53,772 nt of DNA, from assembly GCA_965195285.1 (NCBI GenBank), contig CBDAFS010000046.1, positions 1 through 53,772 on the forward strand, read 5' to 3'. The translations under genes were made by a program, and so were the position numbers. The notes under the pieces are model-generated. The model had not been told where the DNA came from, searched no databases, and worked only from the letters and a program-made list of their open reading frames with translations. Shown here piece after piece: positions 38,717 to 49,019 of the stretch. Position 1 is the first letter of the stretch; every line of letters begins with the position of its first letter. The DNA is from an uncultured Aminicenantes bacterium. GTDB taxonomy: Bacteria > Acidobacteriota > Aminicenantia > UBA2199.

Positions 38717-39298
38717 TCAAGGTCCTATGGTCTTTTTTTTATCTTTGTCTTCTCGGTATAAATAGGTTGTGGCGGTGAATGTGGCCCGGATGGAATATCC
38801 CCGATCCATCCGGGGCAAGGGGCTTATGCTCAGGCTGTCAACCGTGAAAATCTTCTTTAAGTTGGACAGCTGGTCAAAAAATATGCCCAGATTGTGGTAG
38901 TTGCCGTCCAGGATGATGGCAATGGGGTTTTCAATATACACCGGCTTGGGTCTGAGGTTCAGCGGATCATACTTCTGTATCTGTAAGCGGGCACCGGAAA
39001 TAATGGACTGAATCCGTTTTAATATGGCACTGATTTCTTCTTTTTCTGGCAAAATGGCCTTTAATTTTTCCAATACTGCCTGTTTGGTTTCCAGTTCCTC
39101 CCGGATCATCTTCAATTTACTTTCCTTTTGCTCGGCTCTCTTGATTTCGCGTTCAATGTTTTCAATTTCGGTTTCAATGCTATTGACAGTGTCCTGGGTG
39201 GGTGAATAATGAATATAGTAAAAAATTCCAATGGCAATTCCGCCCACTACCAGGAAAATCAATAATTGACCGTACCAAGGTAAACTCTGAAAATCCAT
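38717..39298 (-). CDS. pilO: Type IV pilus assembly protein PilO
   Basis: TM plus coiled coil, LPEKEEI..IL, GNYHNLGIFFD; start ATG 39298. Confidence 0.9.
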   Translation of the reverse strand: MDFQSLPWYGQLLIFLVVGGIAIGIFYYIHYSPTQDTVNSIETEIENIEREIKRAEQKESKLKMIREELETKQAVLEKLKAILPEKEEISAILKRIQSIISGARLQIQKYDPLNLRPKPVYIENPIAIILDGNYHNLGIFFDQLSNLKKIFTVDSLSISPLPRMDRGYSIRATFTATTYLYREDKDKKKTIGP

Positions 39299-39299
39299 G

Positions 39300-39896
39300 T
39301 TATACCGCCTTTTTATCCGACTGTTTCCGGTATCGACAATTGATGCTGAAGTTAAACACCTCGATCCCGCTGGCCCGGCTTCGCTGGGAGGAGTTGAGTC
39401 GGATATTGAAAAAATGATTGGTGCTCTGCAGGTTGTCAATAAAATTGGCTATCAAGTGATTGGTCCGGGCCCGACCGCTGATATTCAAAACCCCTCCGGA
39501 AAAATTGAGCCGGGTCAACCATACCCAGTCCGGAAGCACCCGGGAGAGTTCATCCATCATGAACACGGTCTGCTTCTGCCTGGCTTTCAGGTCACTGATT
39601 ACTTTGACCTTTCGGTCAAGTTCCTTTTTTGCCTTTTCCAGATGTTCCAGGGTCTTCAAGACATTGTCCAGCTCGGTTTTTCGGGCCTTTCGCTCGGCTA
39701 AGAAACGGGTGGAGCTATCCAGCCGGTAGGATTGAGTAAAATACATGACGCCAATAATGCCCACGGTGATGACAGCAGCCGCAATGGCCGAACCCACATG
39801 GACCTGGCTCTCTCTCTGTTTTTCGACAATGGTTGGGACCTCAACTCCTCTGCCAACATCTTTTTTTTCTGGACTTAATAAATTAACTTTAATCAT
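39300..39896 (-). CDS. pilN: Type IV pilus assembly protein PilN
   Basis: MIKVNLL, LPDWVWLT, FIDNLQ. Confidence 0.9.
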   Translation of the reverse strand: MIKVNLLSPEKKDVGRGVEVPTIVEKQRESQVHVGSAIAAAVITVGIIGVMYFTQSYRLDSSTRFLAERKARKTELDNVLKTLEHLEKAKKELDRKVKVISDLKARQKQTVFMMDELSRVLPDWVWLTRLNFSGGVLNISGRARTNHLIANFIDNLQSTNHFFNIRLNSSQRSRASGIEVFNFSINCRYRKQSDKKAV

Positions 39897-40987
39897 TTTA
39901 AATCTCCAACGGCTCTTAAAGCCAATCCCATGGCCACATTAAAGACCGGGGCCATGTCTTTGATAAACTCCAGGTCAAATTTCTTGGGATTGATATCAAT
40001 ATTATTGAAAGGATTGACAATCTCAACCGGGATATCAAACTCCTGGGAGAAAAAATCCACAATGGATTCCAGGTTGGCGGTTCCCCCGCTGATCAGAATA
40101 TTATCGATTCGGCCCTCGGTGGTATTGGAGCGGTGGAATTCAAAGGTCTTGCTGATTTCATTTTTCAGTTCGTTGAAAACCAGATTGATGGCCGGCTTGA
40201 CCGCTGCCGGCGAAACCCCCTCCACCTGCCTGCCCTTTTTCACCGATTCGGCCTTTTCATATTTCAGATTCAATTCTTTCTGGATCAAGTCGGTAAACTG
40301 ATTACCGCCAAAAGCAATATCCCGGACAAAAACAGGGTGTCCCGACCGGGCAATGATCACATTGGAAATGGAAGCGCCGATATTGATAATGGCGATACAG
40401 CGTTGGTGGTACATTTCGTAATTAGCCAGTACACTGTTCAAGATGGCAAATGATTCAAGATCAATGATATGGGCCACCTTATCGGCAATGGCAAAAACAT
40501 TCAGATAATCATTTATTTTTTCTTTTTTGACCGCGGCCAAAATTACACCCACCCGTTCTGGATGAACATCATCGGATTCAATAATTTCATAATCAATGTT
40601 GACTTCTTCAGGGGTAAAAGGGATATGCGGCCTGGCCTCCCACAGGATGTGTTCGTGCATTTCATTGGGACTGAGTCTCTGGACTTCGATTCGCTTCACG
40701 ATAACCGAGCTGCCCGATACTCCGAAAGACAACTTATTGGTTTTTGTTTTGCTCTCATAGAATATATGCTGGATGGCATCCACCACCGCCGTTGAATCCA
40801 TAATGCTTCCTTCGACAATGGATTGATAAGGAACCGGCTCATAGCCCAGGGAAACCAATTCATAGACGGTCTCCTTTCCCTTCTTCTTGGGTTTAAGTTC
40901 AACCAGCTTTAAGGCAAAACTTCCGATATCAAGTCCGATAACTTTCTTTGATTTTATAAAATCCAAAACAGGCATGCCAATCTCCAT
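39893..40987 (-). CDS. pilM: Type IV pilus assembly protein PilM
   Basis: IGLDIGS, NIGA, FGGNQFT, SGGTA, VAMGLALR actin-like motifs. Confidence 0.93.
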   Translation of the reverse strand: MEIGMPVLDFIKSKKVIGLDIGSFALKLVELKPKKKGKETVYELVSLGYEPVPYQSIVEGSIMDSTAVVDAIQHIFYESKTKTNKLSFGVSGSSVIVKRIEVQRLSPNEMHEHILWEARPHIPFTPEEVNIDYEIIESDDVHPERVGVILAAVKKEKINDYLNVFAIADKVAHIIDLESFAILNSVLANYEMYHQRCIAIINIGASISNVIIARSGHPVFVRDIAFGGNQFTDLIQKELNLKYEKAESVKKGRQVEGVSPAAVKPAINLVFNELKNEISKTFEFHRSNTTEGRIDNILISGGTANLESIVDFFSQEFDIPVEIVNPFNNIDINPKKFDLEFIKDMAPVFNVAMGLALRAVGDLK

Positions 40988-41307
40988 CTAAAATTGTTAT
41001 CATTTCAAACTTTTAGTAACATAGAAAAATTCAGATGTCAACTTTTTTTTTATTTTTGTAGTTATATTGGGCATGTCTGAACAGCACTGTTATAAAACCT
41101 TGAATATACCTTGGTTTCAAAAATGCCAGTCCTCAAATAGCCGATATACCAACATATTTTCGATTTCAACACCTGCTTTTCCGATATTATTTTGTTTTTA
41201 AAACCCGGATTTTATGGTAATTTCAGGTTAAAATAAAAAAATGAAATTTCAAATTATTTTTTATTCAAATATAAAAAAAGCATTCAAAGAAAGAAATGAC
41301 CCTGAAC

Positions 41308-41350
41308 TTGACATGTAATTCGTTTTTGTGTATATTGTAATTTGATTACA
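41308..41350 (+). promoter_or_regulatory. Promoter with palindromic operator
   Basis: TTGACA(41308-41313)-17 bp-TATATT(41331-41336); TGTAAT-TTG-ATTACA (41336-41350). Confidence 0.65.
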
Positions 41351-41445
41351 TTGGTTTTAAATACATGTAAGTATTGCCAGCGGAAAGCGATTACAGGCCT
41401 TCAACCGCGATACAAAGCCGGTATTCGCAGACCGAGGAGGATGAA

Positions 41446-41871
41446 ATGGACAATCAATCCAGTAGCCGCAAGTCGGAAAATCCGGCTTCAGGCCAGTCAT
41501 CAGTAGAAAAAGAGAAAAACGTCTTTGAAGAGTTCGGAGACCAGGTGGAAAAATTCGCCAGCAGAACCGTGGAATCACTGAAGAAAACCATTGACCGGGC
41601 CCTGAGTTCCAGAAACACGGTGTTAACCATACGGGTCAATGATGATGCCAACCGCAATCTCAACACCCTGGTAGAAGCCGGCCTGTTTAAAAGTCGGTCC
41701 GAAAGCGCCGCATACCTCATCGAGGAAGGGATCAAACAGCAGGAAGCGATCTTTCAAAAAATTTCCCAGAAAATGGAAAAAATCGAAAAACTGAAGGGAG
41801 AACTGTCCGAGATCATTTCCAAAGAAATATCAATCCAGGATAAGGAGAATAACAAAAAGAATAAAACGTAA
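41446..41871 (+). CDS. Ribbon-helix-helix-like DNA-binding protein with coiled coils
   Basis: TVLTIRVND...LVEAGLFKSRSE..AYLIEEG; GAGGAGG RBS before ATG 41446. Confidence 0.65.
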   Translation: MDNQSSSRKSENPASGQSSVEKEKNVFEEFGDQVEKFASRTVESLKKTIDRALSSRNTVLTIRVNDDANRNLNTLVEAGLFKSRSESAAYLIEEGIKQQEAIFQKISQKMEKIEKLKGELSEIISKEISIQDKENNKKNKT

Positions 41872-41903
41872 ATTGTAAATCGTGAATAGAACTGGAAAAG
41901 ATG

Positions 41904-41956
41904 GTAGGGGCGAATGGCAATTCGCCCTGATCACTCAAACCACCGTTTGCCCCTAC
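41904..41956. repeat. GTAG-family REP doublet (REPIN-like)
   Basis: GTAG-GGGCGAAT-GGCA-ATTCGCCC hairpin, with inverted partner TTTGCCCCTAC at the far end. Confidence 0.75.
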
Positions 41957-42014
41957 AAACCTTGAAATCCGGTTATTCAATTTATCTCCCGGGCTTTTGT
42001 GATATAATAAATGG

Positions 42015-43265
42015 ATGATTTTTCTGGATATCGGTTATTTCATCCTCCTGGCCCTATCGATCCCCCTCTGGATACAATTCCTGATCTTGAAAAGATACCG
42101 TCGGCTGTTCAAACACCGGTTTTCTCCGGCCCTGGAACCGGGTATAAAAAAAAGCTTGTGGATCCATGCCGTTTCAGTCGGGGAAGTCAGAAGCCTGGAA
42201 AACCTGATCAGCCAACTATCAACCACCCATAAAAACATCATCCTGTCGGTCACCACCCCCTCGGGTTATGACTACGCCCGAAAAACCCTTAGCGGGATCC
42301 GGGTGATCAACTCCCCGCTTGATTTCAGTTTTGTCATTAAAAAATTTTTAAAAATCCTGAATCCCTATCTACTCATACTCAATGAGCTGGAGATCTGGCC
42401 CAACTGGCTTTCCATCATGGAGAAAAACCGGATTCCGGTGGTTGTCATTAACGGCCGGATATCAGAACCCGCCTACAGGAAATACAAAAAATGCCGGTGG
42501 CTGTTTAAAAAATATTTCAACATGGTCGATTTTTATTTCCTGCAATCCGAAGTCCACAGGGAGCGATTCAAGACCTTTGACCTGCCTGAATCCAAACTCA
42601 AAGTCTGCGGAAATATTAAGGCCGATGAAGCCTTTGCCCTCAAGAAATCCCTCCCCCCCAGAACCGAAATCCTGAATTATCTGAAACTCAGCCCTCCCCG
42701 GAAAAAAATCATAGTCCTGGCCAGCACCCATGCCACTGATGAAAAAATTATTTTTTCGGCCCTGCCCGCCCTGACAGACAAATACGCCCTTATCATCGTC
42801 CCCCGGCATCCCCATCGGACCGTTCAAATTGAAAAACAGCTTGAAAAACTGGGCCTGACCCATGCCACCTGGTCCCGCTCCAGCCGCATCAATCCGGATG
42901 AATCTGTTTTTATCTTCGACCGGATCGGCTACCTGTTCCCTATCCTGGCCATATCCGATCTGGTCTTCATGGGTGGGACTTTTCAGAAAAAAATCGGAGG
43001 GCATAATTTATATGAACCGGCCATTAACAGCAACATAATCCTGGGAGGCCCCTGGTTCAATAATTTTCCGGATATCGGAGCGGAACTGGTCAAAAAAGGT
43101 GTTTATCGGATCATCCGGGACGGACCGGATTTTAAGGCCACGATTCAGGAACTCGAGGGCCTGGATCTGGAAAAGATGGGCCAGCAGGCCCTGAATACCG
43201 TTCTGAACCAAAAAGGATCAACAGAATGCATATTAAACCAGCTACAATCATTCATCAGGGAATGA
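42015..43265 (+). CDS. waaA: Kdo transferase
   Basis: WIHAVSVGE, ELEIWPN, NGRIS, ASTH, VPRHP.R, GGHN.YEP. Confidence 0.93.
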   Translation: MIFLDIGYFILLALSIPLWIQFLILKRYRRLFKHRFSPALEPGIKKSLWIHAVSVGEVRSLENLISQLSTTHKNIILSVTTPSGYDYARKTLSGIRVINSPLDFSFVIKKFLKILNPYLLILNELEIWPNWLSIMEKNRIPVVVINGRISEPAYRKYKKCRWLFKKYFNMVDFYFLQSEVHRERFKTFDLPESKLKVCGNIKADEAFALKKSLPPRTEILNYLKLSPPRKKIIVLASTHATDEKIIFSALPALTDKYALIIVPRHPHRTVQIEKQLEKLGLTHATWSRSSRINPDESVFIFDRIGYLFPILAISDLVFMGGTFQKKIGGHNLYEPAINSNIILGGPWFNNFPDIGAELVKKGVYRIIRDGPDFKATIQELEGLDLEKMGQQALNTVLNQKGSTECILNQLQSFIRE

Positions 43266-44221
43266 CCCCGGTATTGAACCTGGTGTCCATTCTGTTCAAA
43301 TGCTTTTCCCTGCTGACCCTCAGCCTGCGTTCCCTGGGCAAAAAAGCCTTTTCCGAGGCATTCATTATTTCAGTGGACAACCTGTCATTCGGCGGTACCG
43401 GTAAAACCACACTGGTTAACGAAATCTGTCAGGCCCTGAACCGGAAAAAACTGAAATTTGCCATTGTCAGCCGGGGGTACCGGTCCGGTTATGAAAAAAC
43501 AGGAGTCCGGGTTACCCCGGAGCACCGGGTTTCGGAGGTCGGGGATGAGGCCATTCTGCTGAGGAACAATTTTCCCCATCAGGAGATTTTTGTCGGTAAA
43601 AACCGGCATGAATCCATAAAAACGGCACTGGACAATGATCGGAACATCATTATTCTGGATGATGGCTTTCAGTCAACCGGAATCCGTAAAAACCTGAAGA
43701 TCATGCTGATCAATCCCCGCCATCCTTATTATTATCTGAGAAATTTCAAATGGTTGAGCCGTTGGGAAGACATTGTACTTCACCTGGCCGGGGAATCCGA
43801 ATTCCAGCATCCACTTAAGAGAAAAAAAAATCACCCCCTTCAGGGTTATTACGCTTTTTCTGTCCTGAAATTCCACCAGGCCTCCGGCCGAAAAACAGAC
43901 ATTGGAAATGCCACATTGCTGGGATTCTCGGCCCTGGGGGATAACCAGCGGTTTCGGGATGACCTCTCCCGGTTCAACCTGAAAGTTTTCAGGCCCTTTC
44001 CGGACCACCATGGATACAACCAGGGGGATCTGGCCCGGTTGAACACCCTCAAAAAACAAAACCGGATTGACTATCTGGTTTGCACGGAAAAGGATTTCAT
44101 CAAGCTCTCGGAATTGAATTTGACCGGGATTCCTTTAATTTATGCTAAAAATAGTATAAAATTTAGTTTTAACCTGAATGAGCTGATTGGGAAACATGTC
44201 AAAAAACACGGTTTTATTTAA
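43262..44221 (+). CDS. lpxK: Tetraacyldisaccharide 4'-kinase
   Basis: NLSFGGTGKT, SRGY, GDEA, LDDGFQ, FPDHH, TEKD. Confidence 0.92.
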   Translation: MTPVLNLVSILFKCFSLLTLSLRSLGKKAFSEAFIISVDNLSFGGTGKTTLVNEICQALNRKKLKFAIVSRGYRSGYEKTGVRVTPEHRVSEVGDEAILLRNNFPHQEIFVGKNRHESIKTALDNDRNIIILDDGFQSTGIRKNLKIMLINPRHPYYYLRNFKWLSRWEDIVLHLAGESEFQHPLKRKKNHPLQGYYAFSVLKFHQASGRKTDIGNATLLGFSALGDNQRFRDDLSRFNLKVFRPFPDHHGYNQGDLARLNTLKKQNRIDYLVCTEKDFIKLSELNLTGIPLIYAKNSIKFSFNLNELIGKHVKKHGFI

Positions 44222-45119
44222 ACACCGGATCGAATATGCCGTTTTCATGGCCTATATCACCAGCATACAATTATCTCCACTGTTCATGCTGCCCCTTCAC
44301 CGAGCCAGCCTGGATTTCTTGTTCCGGGTGCTGGGCCGCCGGCATTCGAAAATCGTGACCCACAACCTGGAGATGGCCTTCCCGGAAAAAAAGACATCGG
44401 AAATCAGACAATTGAAACGCAATGTATACAAGCATTTTGCCAAAATTTTCACCCAGATCATTTATTTGTATATCAAGAAAAAGCCTGAAAAGATCTTACC
44501 GGTAATCCAGATCCGGAACAGCCAGGCTCTTGAGAATAGTCTGAACAGGGGGAAAGGGGTCATTTTGTTTTCGGCTCATTTTGGAAACTGGGAGCTGGTT
44601 CCCTTTATTATCAGCCGGGAACTGAACCGAAAAACCTACAATGTAGCCCGGATCATGGATAATCCATTGATCGAAAAACGGGTAACCCAGTTTAGGGAGT
44701 ACATGGGATCCCGCATTATCTACAAAAAAGGTTCCATTAAAACCATTCTCAAGGAATTGCGGAACAACCAGATCATCGGCATGATCATTGACCAGAACAC
44801 CCTGCCCGAAGAGGGGGTATTTGTTGATTTTTTTTCCCGGAAAGTGTGTGCCGTACCCTCGGTATCCCTGCTCCACCTGAAGCGTAACATTCCCATTGTA
44901 CCGGTTTTTATCCATTACGAACCGAAAAAAATTGTCTTTGAGATCTCGGATGAAGTTGCCTTTCGGAAAACCGGAGATTTCCAGGATGATTTAATCCGGC
45001 TGACCCAGTACTGCAATACCCTCATCGAAGAAAAAATCAGGCAATTCCCCGAACAATGGCTGTGGTTTCACCAGCGCTGGAAATCCAAACCATCAGGAGA
45101 AAATCATGAGACCGGATAA
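44196..45119 (+). CDS. lpxL: Lipid A late acyltransferase (LpxL/HtrB family)
   Basis: AHFGNWE, IDQ, VDFF, PEQWLWFHQRWK. Confidence 0.88.
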   Translation: MSKNTVLFKHRIEYAVFMAYITSIQLSPLFMLPLHRASLDFLFRVLGRRHSKIVTHNLEMAFPEKKTSEIRQLKRNVYKHFAKIFTQIIYLYIKKKPEKILPVIQIRNSQALENSLNRGKGVILFSAHFGNWELVPFIISRELNRKTYNVARIMDNPLIEKRVTQFREYMGSRIIYKKGSIKTILKELRNNQIIGMIIDQNTLPEEGVFVDFFSRKVCAVPSVSLLHLKRNIPIVPVFIHYEPKKIVFEISDEVAFRKTGDFQDDLIRLTQYCNTLIEEKIRQFPEQWLWFHQRWKSKPSGENHETG

Positions 45120-45813
45120 CCGGAAGGATTCTGACATCAGGCGTATCAATATTGTTCCCGACTATATCCAGAACATACCCGGATCAGTACTGCTGGAACA
45201 GGGTAATACCCGGGTCATCTCCACCGCCACCTTTGAAAACAAAACCCCCCATTTCTTAAAAGACTCAAACAAGGGATGGATCAATGCGGAATACGCCATG
45301 CTCCCGGGTTCGGTTGGAATACAACGCTTGAAAAGGGAACGCTCCCGATCCCATTACCGCCATATTGAGATTCAACGGTTTATTGGCCGGGCACTGAGAA
45401 ATACCTTTGACATGAAGGCCATAACCGGGAAAACTTTTTTCGTGGATACCGACGTGATCCAGGCGGATGGCAGCACCCGCTGTGTGGCTCTTAATGCCGC
45501 CATGCTGGTAGTAGTCAAGTTATTGAAATATCTTGTTTTTGAAAACCTGATGGCTGAAATACCCGAACTGGAGATCATTGCCGCCGTATCAGTCGGGATC
45601 AAAGATGACAAAATCCTGGCAGATCTCAACTACAGGGAAGACTCGACCGCGGATGCCGACATCAATATCGTGTCTTCGGAAAAGGAAAACATAATCGAAA
45701 TCCAGGCCTTTGCCGAAGAAAAACCGATCAGCAACCGGTTGACTCGAAAGGCCATTGATCTGGGTATTGAAAAAAACCTGGAAATCATTCAGATTTTAAA
45801 AAACCATCTTTAA
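45106..45813 (+). CDS. rph: Ribonuclease PH
   Basis: GWINAEYAMLP, EIQRFIGRALR, DVIQADGSTR, DLNYRED. Confidence 0.9.
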   Translation: MRPDNRKDSDIRRINIVPDYIQNIPGSVLLEQGNTRVISTATFENKTPHFLKDSNKGWINAEYAMLPGSVGIQRLKRERSRSHYRHIEIQRFIGRALRNTFDMKAITGKTFFVDTDVIQADGSTRCVALNAAMLVVVKLLKYLVFENLMAEIPELEIIAAVSVGIKDDKILADLNYREDSTADADINIVSSEKENIIEIQAFAEEKPISNRLTRKAIDLGIEKNLEIIQILKNHL

Positions 45814-45979
45814 CCCGGCCCCGGTTTCCAGCCTGAAATCTATTTCCTGAACCAGGTTTCGGGAGGGCTTACCCAGCACAAAAAAAGTAAAGGTTGTCAA
45901 CAGAAACCAACAAAAGCGAATGGATTGTCGAACCCATTGCGGGTTCGAATCTACGAACGCAGGTGCAGGTAGAAACGGG

Positions 45980-47314
45980 TCAACCGGTTTTTAAACGGGT
46001 GAGTTTATGAAATCTGGTTGTCAGAAGCAGTGCTGAGACGGTAAGGCCGAGAAAAAGCCCGACCCATACTCCTTGAGCTTTGTAATTCATCACAAAGCCA
46101 AACAGGTAACCACAGGGCAGGCCGATAACCCAATAGGCAATGAAGGTAATAATTGTGGGGAACCTGGTGTCCGCCAAGCCCCGTAATATGCCTAATGAAA
46201 CCACCTGGACACCATCGGAAATTTGGAATAATGCTGCAATAATCAACAGAGATGAGGCAATATTAATTACGGAAACATCAGTAATATACAATTGCGGCAA
46301 TTGTTTTCTAAAAATAATAAATAAAATTCCAAAGGATCCCATGACCGCTGCTGATAAAAAAATTGATATAAATCCTGCCCATCTGGCAGAGACAAAATCC
46401 TTTCGGCCAACGGCATTCCCCACCCGTACTGAAGCCGAGGACGATATCCCCAAGCCGAACATAAAAGTAATGGCGGCCATATTTAACGCAATCTGGTGGG
46501 CCGCCAGTTCCTTTGCCCCAAACCAGCCAATCAAAACCGCTGCTCCGGCAAATGCGCCAATCTCAAAAAAATTTTGAAAGGCGCTGGCCAGGCCAAGTTT
46601 TACCAGCTTCCTCATCATCTTCCAATTTATCTTTTTATAATGTAATCCGGGGGCGAAAGGTTTGAATTTACGGGAAAATAATATGTAAGCTGCGAGTACA
46701 CAAGCCATCACCGTACGGGTACCGAAGGTAGAATAACCGGCCCCTTTCAGCCCCATGGCCGGGAAACCCCAGTGACCGAAAATAAAAATCCAGTTGAACA
46801 ATGCGTTAAGGATATTGGCTGCGATTATTATAATCATTGCTGGTTTCATGAAAAACAAACCCTCGGAAAACTGACGGTAAACCTGAAATATCAAAACCGG
46901 GATAATGGACCACCCCAATATTTTCATGTAAGGTATCGTCTCATTCACAACCTCTGTTGATTGCCTTAACCCTGGAATCATCCCGGTCATCCCGAAGGTG
47001 ATTACAGTTAAAACGATTGCAATGCCGAGTCCCGCCAGCAACCCTTGCCTTAAAACAACCCCGCATTCTGAAAATTCTCTTTTGCCGTTAGCCATGGCCA
47101 CGTAGGGAGTTATTGCATATGAAAAACCAATCCCCACCACCAGGATCAGAAAAAAAATACTATTGGCAAGGGCAGAGGCAGCCAGGGGAATCACACCGAG
47201 CCTGCCCACCATCAGGCTGTCCACTACTCCCATCATCATGTGTCCAAGCTGTCCAATAATAACAGGGATTGCCAGTTTTATGGTTGTTTTTAGCTGGTAT
47301 TTCAGTTCTCTCAT
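45980..47314 (-). CDS. MATE family efflux transporter (NorM-like)
   Basis: 12-TM pattern, VDSLMVGRLG, AAHQIA, VRVGNAVG, FQISDGVQ. Confidence 0.9.
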   Translation of the reverse strand: MRELKYQLKTTIKLAIPVIIGQLGHMMMGVVDSLMVGRLGVIPLAASALANSIFFLILVVGIGFSYAITPYVAMANGKREFSECGVVLRQGLLAGLGIAIVLTVITFGMTGMIPGLRQSTEVVNETIPYMKILGWSIIPVLIFQVYRQFSEGLFFMKPAMIIIIAANILNALFNWIFIFGHWGFPAMGLKGAGYSTFGTRTVMACVLAAYILFSRKFKPFAPGLHYKKINWKMMRKLVKLGLASAFQNFFEIGAFAGAAVLIGWFGAKELAAHQIALNMAAITFMFGLGISSSASVRVGNAVGRKDFVSARWAGFISIFLSAAVMGSFGILFIIFRKQLPQLYITDVSVINIASSLLIIAALFQISDGVQVVSLGILRGLADTRFPTIITFIAYWVIGLPCGYLFGFVMNYKAQGVWVGLFLGLTVSALLLTTRFHKLTRLKTG

Positions 47315-47609
47315 TCATCTCCCATAGCGATCAGTCTATTTTTAGCCTTGAATTATACCATTTCTGTTCGAGATTTGACAAAATGGATAAATTGATGTAT
47401 TCATAATGTACCATGAATGATTCAGTGAGACCGGGAGGAGAAACAATTAATCAGATGAGTGAATCTCTTCAGGAAATCATTTATATCAACCGTTTTAATG
47501 GATTATAAAATCATATCCTGATCAACCTTTTTCGATTTAAATTCCCTTTTTGAAGGATCAAAAAAATCCGTTTTTCTTCCCAAAAAATTTAAAAAAAGGA
47601 GATTCAAAC

Positions 47610-48764
47610 ATGAAAGTTATCATATTAGGTGCTGGATTGGTTGGCGGCCCCATGGCGATTGACCTGGCAAAGGATTCAAATTTTGATGTGACCGCTGTGG
47701 ATGTCAATCCACAGGTTATGGAAAATCTGAAAGAACATTCAATAAAAACCATAAAATCAGATTTATCCAATCCGGAGAATATCATTCATCTCATTGCGGA
47801 TCATGATATGGTGGTTAATGCGGTTCCCGGTTTTATAGGATTCTCTACATTAAAAGCCGTTATTGAAGCGAAAAAAAATGTGGTGGATATCGCATTTTAT
47901 GATGAGGATCCCTTCGAACTTGATGAATTGGCCAAAAATAAGGGCGTCACCGCAATTGTTGATTGCGGTGTATGTCCAGGGATGAGCAACCTGATCATTG
48001 GTCACCTGGATCAATCGATAGAGTTGGATTCCATACTACTATACGTGGGTGGGCTTCCGGAGGAGAGAAAGCTGCCATTTGAATATAAAGCAGGATTTTC
48101 ACCCCTGGATGTCATTGAAATATATGAACGACCCGCCAGAATGATTGAAAATTTCCAAATGGTTTCAAAACCGGCTCTATCTGAACCGGAGCTCATCAAT
48201 TTTCCTCAAATTGGCACATTAGAGGCGTTTAACAGTGATGGGATTCGTTCCCTCATGCGAACCATTAAAGCCAGAAATATTCAGGAAAAAACCCTCCGTT
48301 ATCCGGGGCATATTCAAAAAATTGCTCTACTCAAGGACATCGGCTTATTTGACCTGCAGGAGATTGATGTGCAGGGTCAAAAAATCCGCCCCCGAGACTT
48401 AACAGTCAGGCTTCTGTTTCCCATGTGGGAAATGAAGAAAGATGATTCTGATTTAACCATCCTTAAATTTATCGTGGTGGGTAAAAAAGAGGGAAAAACA
48501 TTAGAATATACCTATGACCTTTTGGATCGTTATGATCCGGAAACCAAAACCAGTTCCATGGCCCGGACCACTGGTTATACCGCTACTGCAGCGGTTCGCA
48601 TGCTGGAACAAAAGTTGTTCAACCAGAAAGGAATCTGCCCTCCGGAATATATTGGAAAGCACAAAAATTGTGTTGATTTTATTTTTGAGAAATTGCGGGA
48701 GAGAAATATCTTCTACCATGAATCCGTAAAAGAACTGGCTCCAGAAATCAACAGTTTTGGGTAA
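47610..48764 (+). CDS. Saccharopine dehydrogenase family protein (lysine 6-dehydrogenase-like)
   Basis: LGAGLVG, DCGVCPGMSN, VGGLP, KTLRYPGH, SMARTTGY; ATG 47610 after AAGGAG. Confidence 0.85.
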   Translation: MKVIILGAGLVGGPMAIDLAKDSNFDVTAVDVNPQVMENLKEHSIKTIKSDLSNPENIIHLIADHDMVVNAVPGFIGFSTLKAVIEAKKNVVDIAFYDEDPFELDELAKNKGVTAIVDCGVCPGMSNLIIGHLDQSIELDSILLYVGGLPEERKLPFEYKAGFSPLDVIEIYERPARMIENFQMVSKPALSEPELINFPQIGTLEAFNSDGIRSLMRTIKARNIQEKTLRYPGHIQKIALLKDIGLFDLQEIDVQGQKIRPRDLTVRLLFPMWEMKKDDSDLTILKFIVVGKKEGKTLEYTYDLLDRYDPETKTSSMARTTGYTATAAVRMLEQKLFNQKGICPPEYIGKHKNCVDFIFEKLRERNIFYHESVKELAPEINSFG

Positions 48765-48776
48765 TCGGATTTTTCA

Positions 48777-48920
48777 AATTTGTCGAACCCATTGGGGGTT
48801 CTCACCACAGCCAGGATTCAAAAAAATGATACGCGAGGTATCATTTTTTTGAATCGGAGGGACTGGGGTGGATGGACAACCGCTGTTGCCCACCCTTACG
48901 GACTACTCATTTCGTTCGCT
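48777..48920 (-). repeat. tRNA-Ser 3'-tail repeat unit (distal copy)
   Basis: Contains CGGAGGGACTGGG (48855-48867), an 18-bp-stem hairpin (48815-48855) and TTGTCGAACCCATTGGGGGTTC, all repeated near 53.0-53.3 kb. Confidence 0.9.
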
Positions 48921-49019
48921 CGTGTGAATTTTGACTCCACGCCAAAATTCATCAAACTCAAGTTCCCTAAAATTGAATTGTTTCCTGTTCAAATTCCCGC
49001 AATAAATACTCAAATATTT

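Noticed and set aside
25632-40301. Long antisense ORFs (e.g. 25632-26279, 35950-36660, 37498-38082)
   Set aside because: Shadow frames opposite well-supported genes, with no motifs of their own
47410-47510. Glycine-riboswitch-like words (GGAGA..., AATCTCTTCAGG) or a 31-aa leader ORF upstream of the lysine dehydrogenase-like gene
   Set aside because: Core CCGAAG and the pairing pattern are missing; the ORF has no RBS or telling codons; a covariance search would be needed
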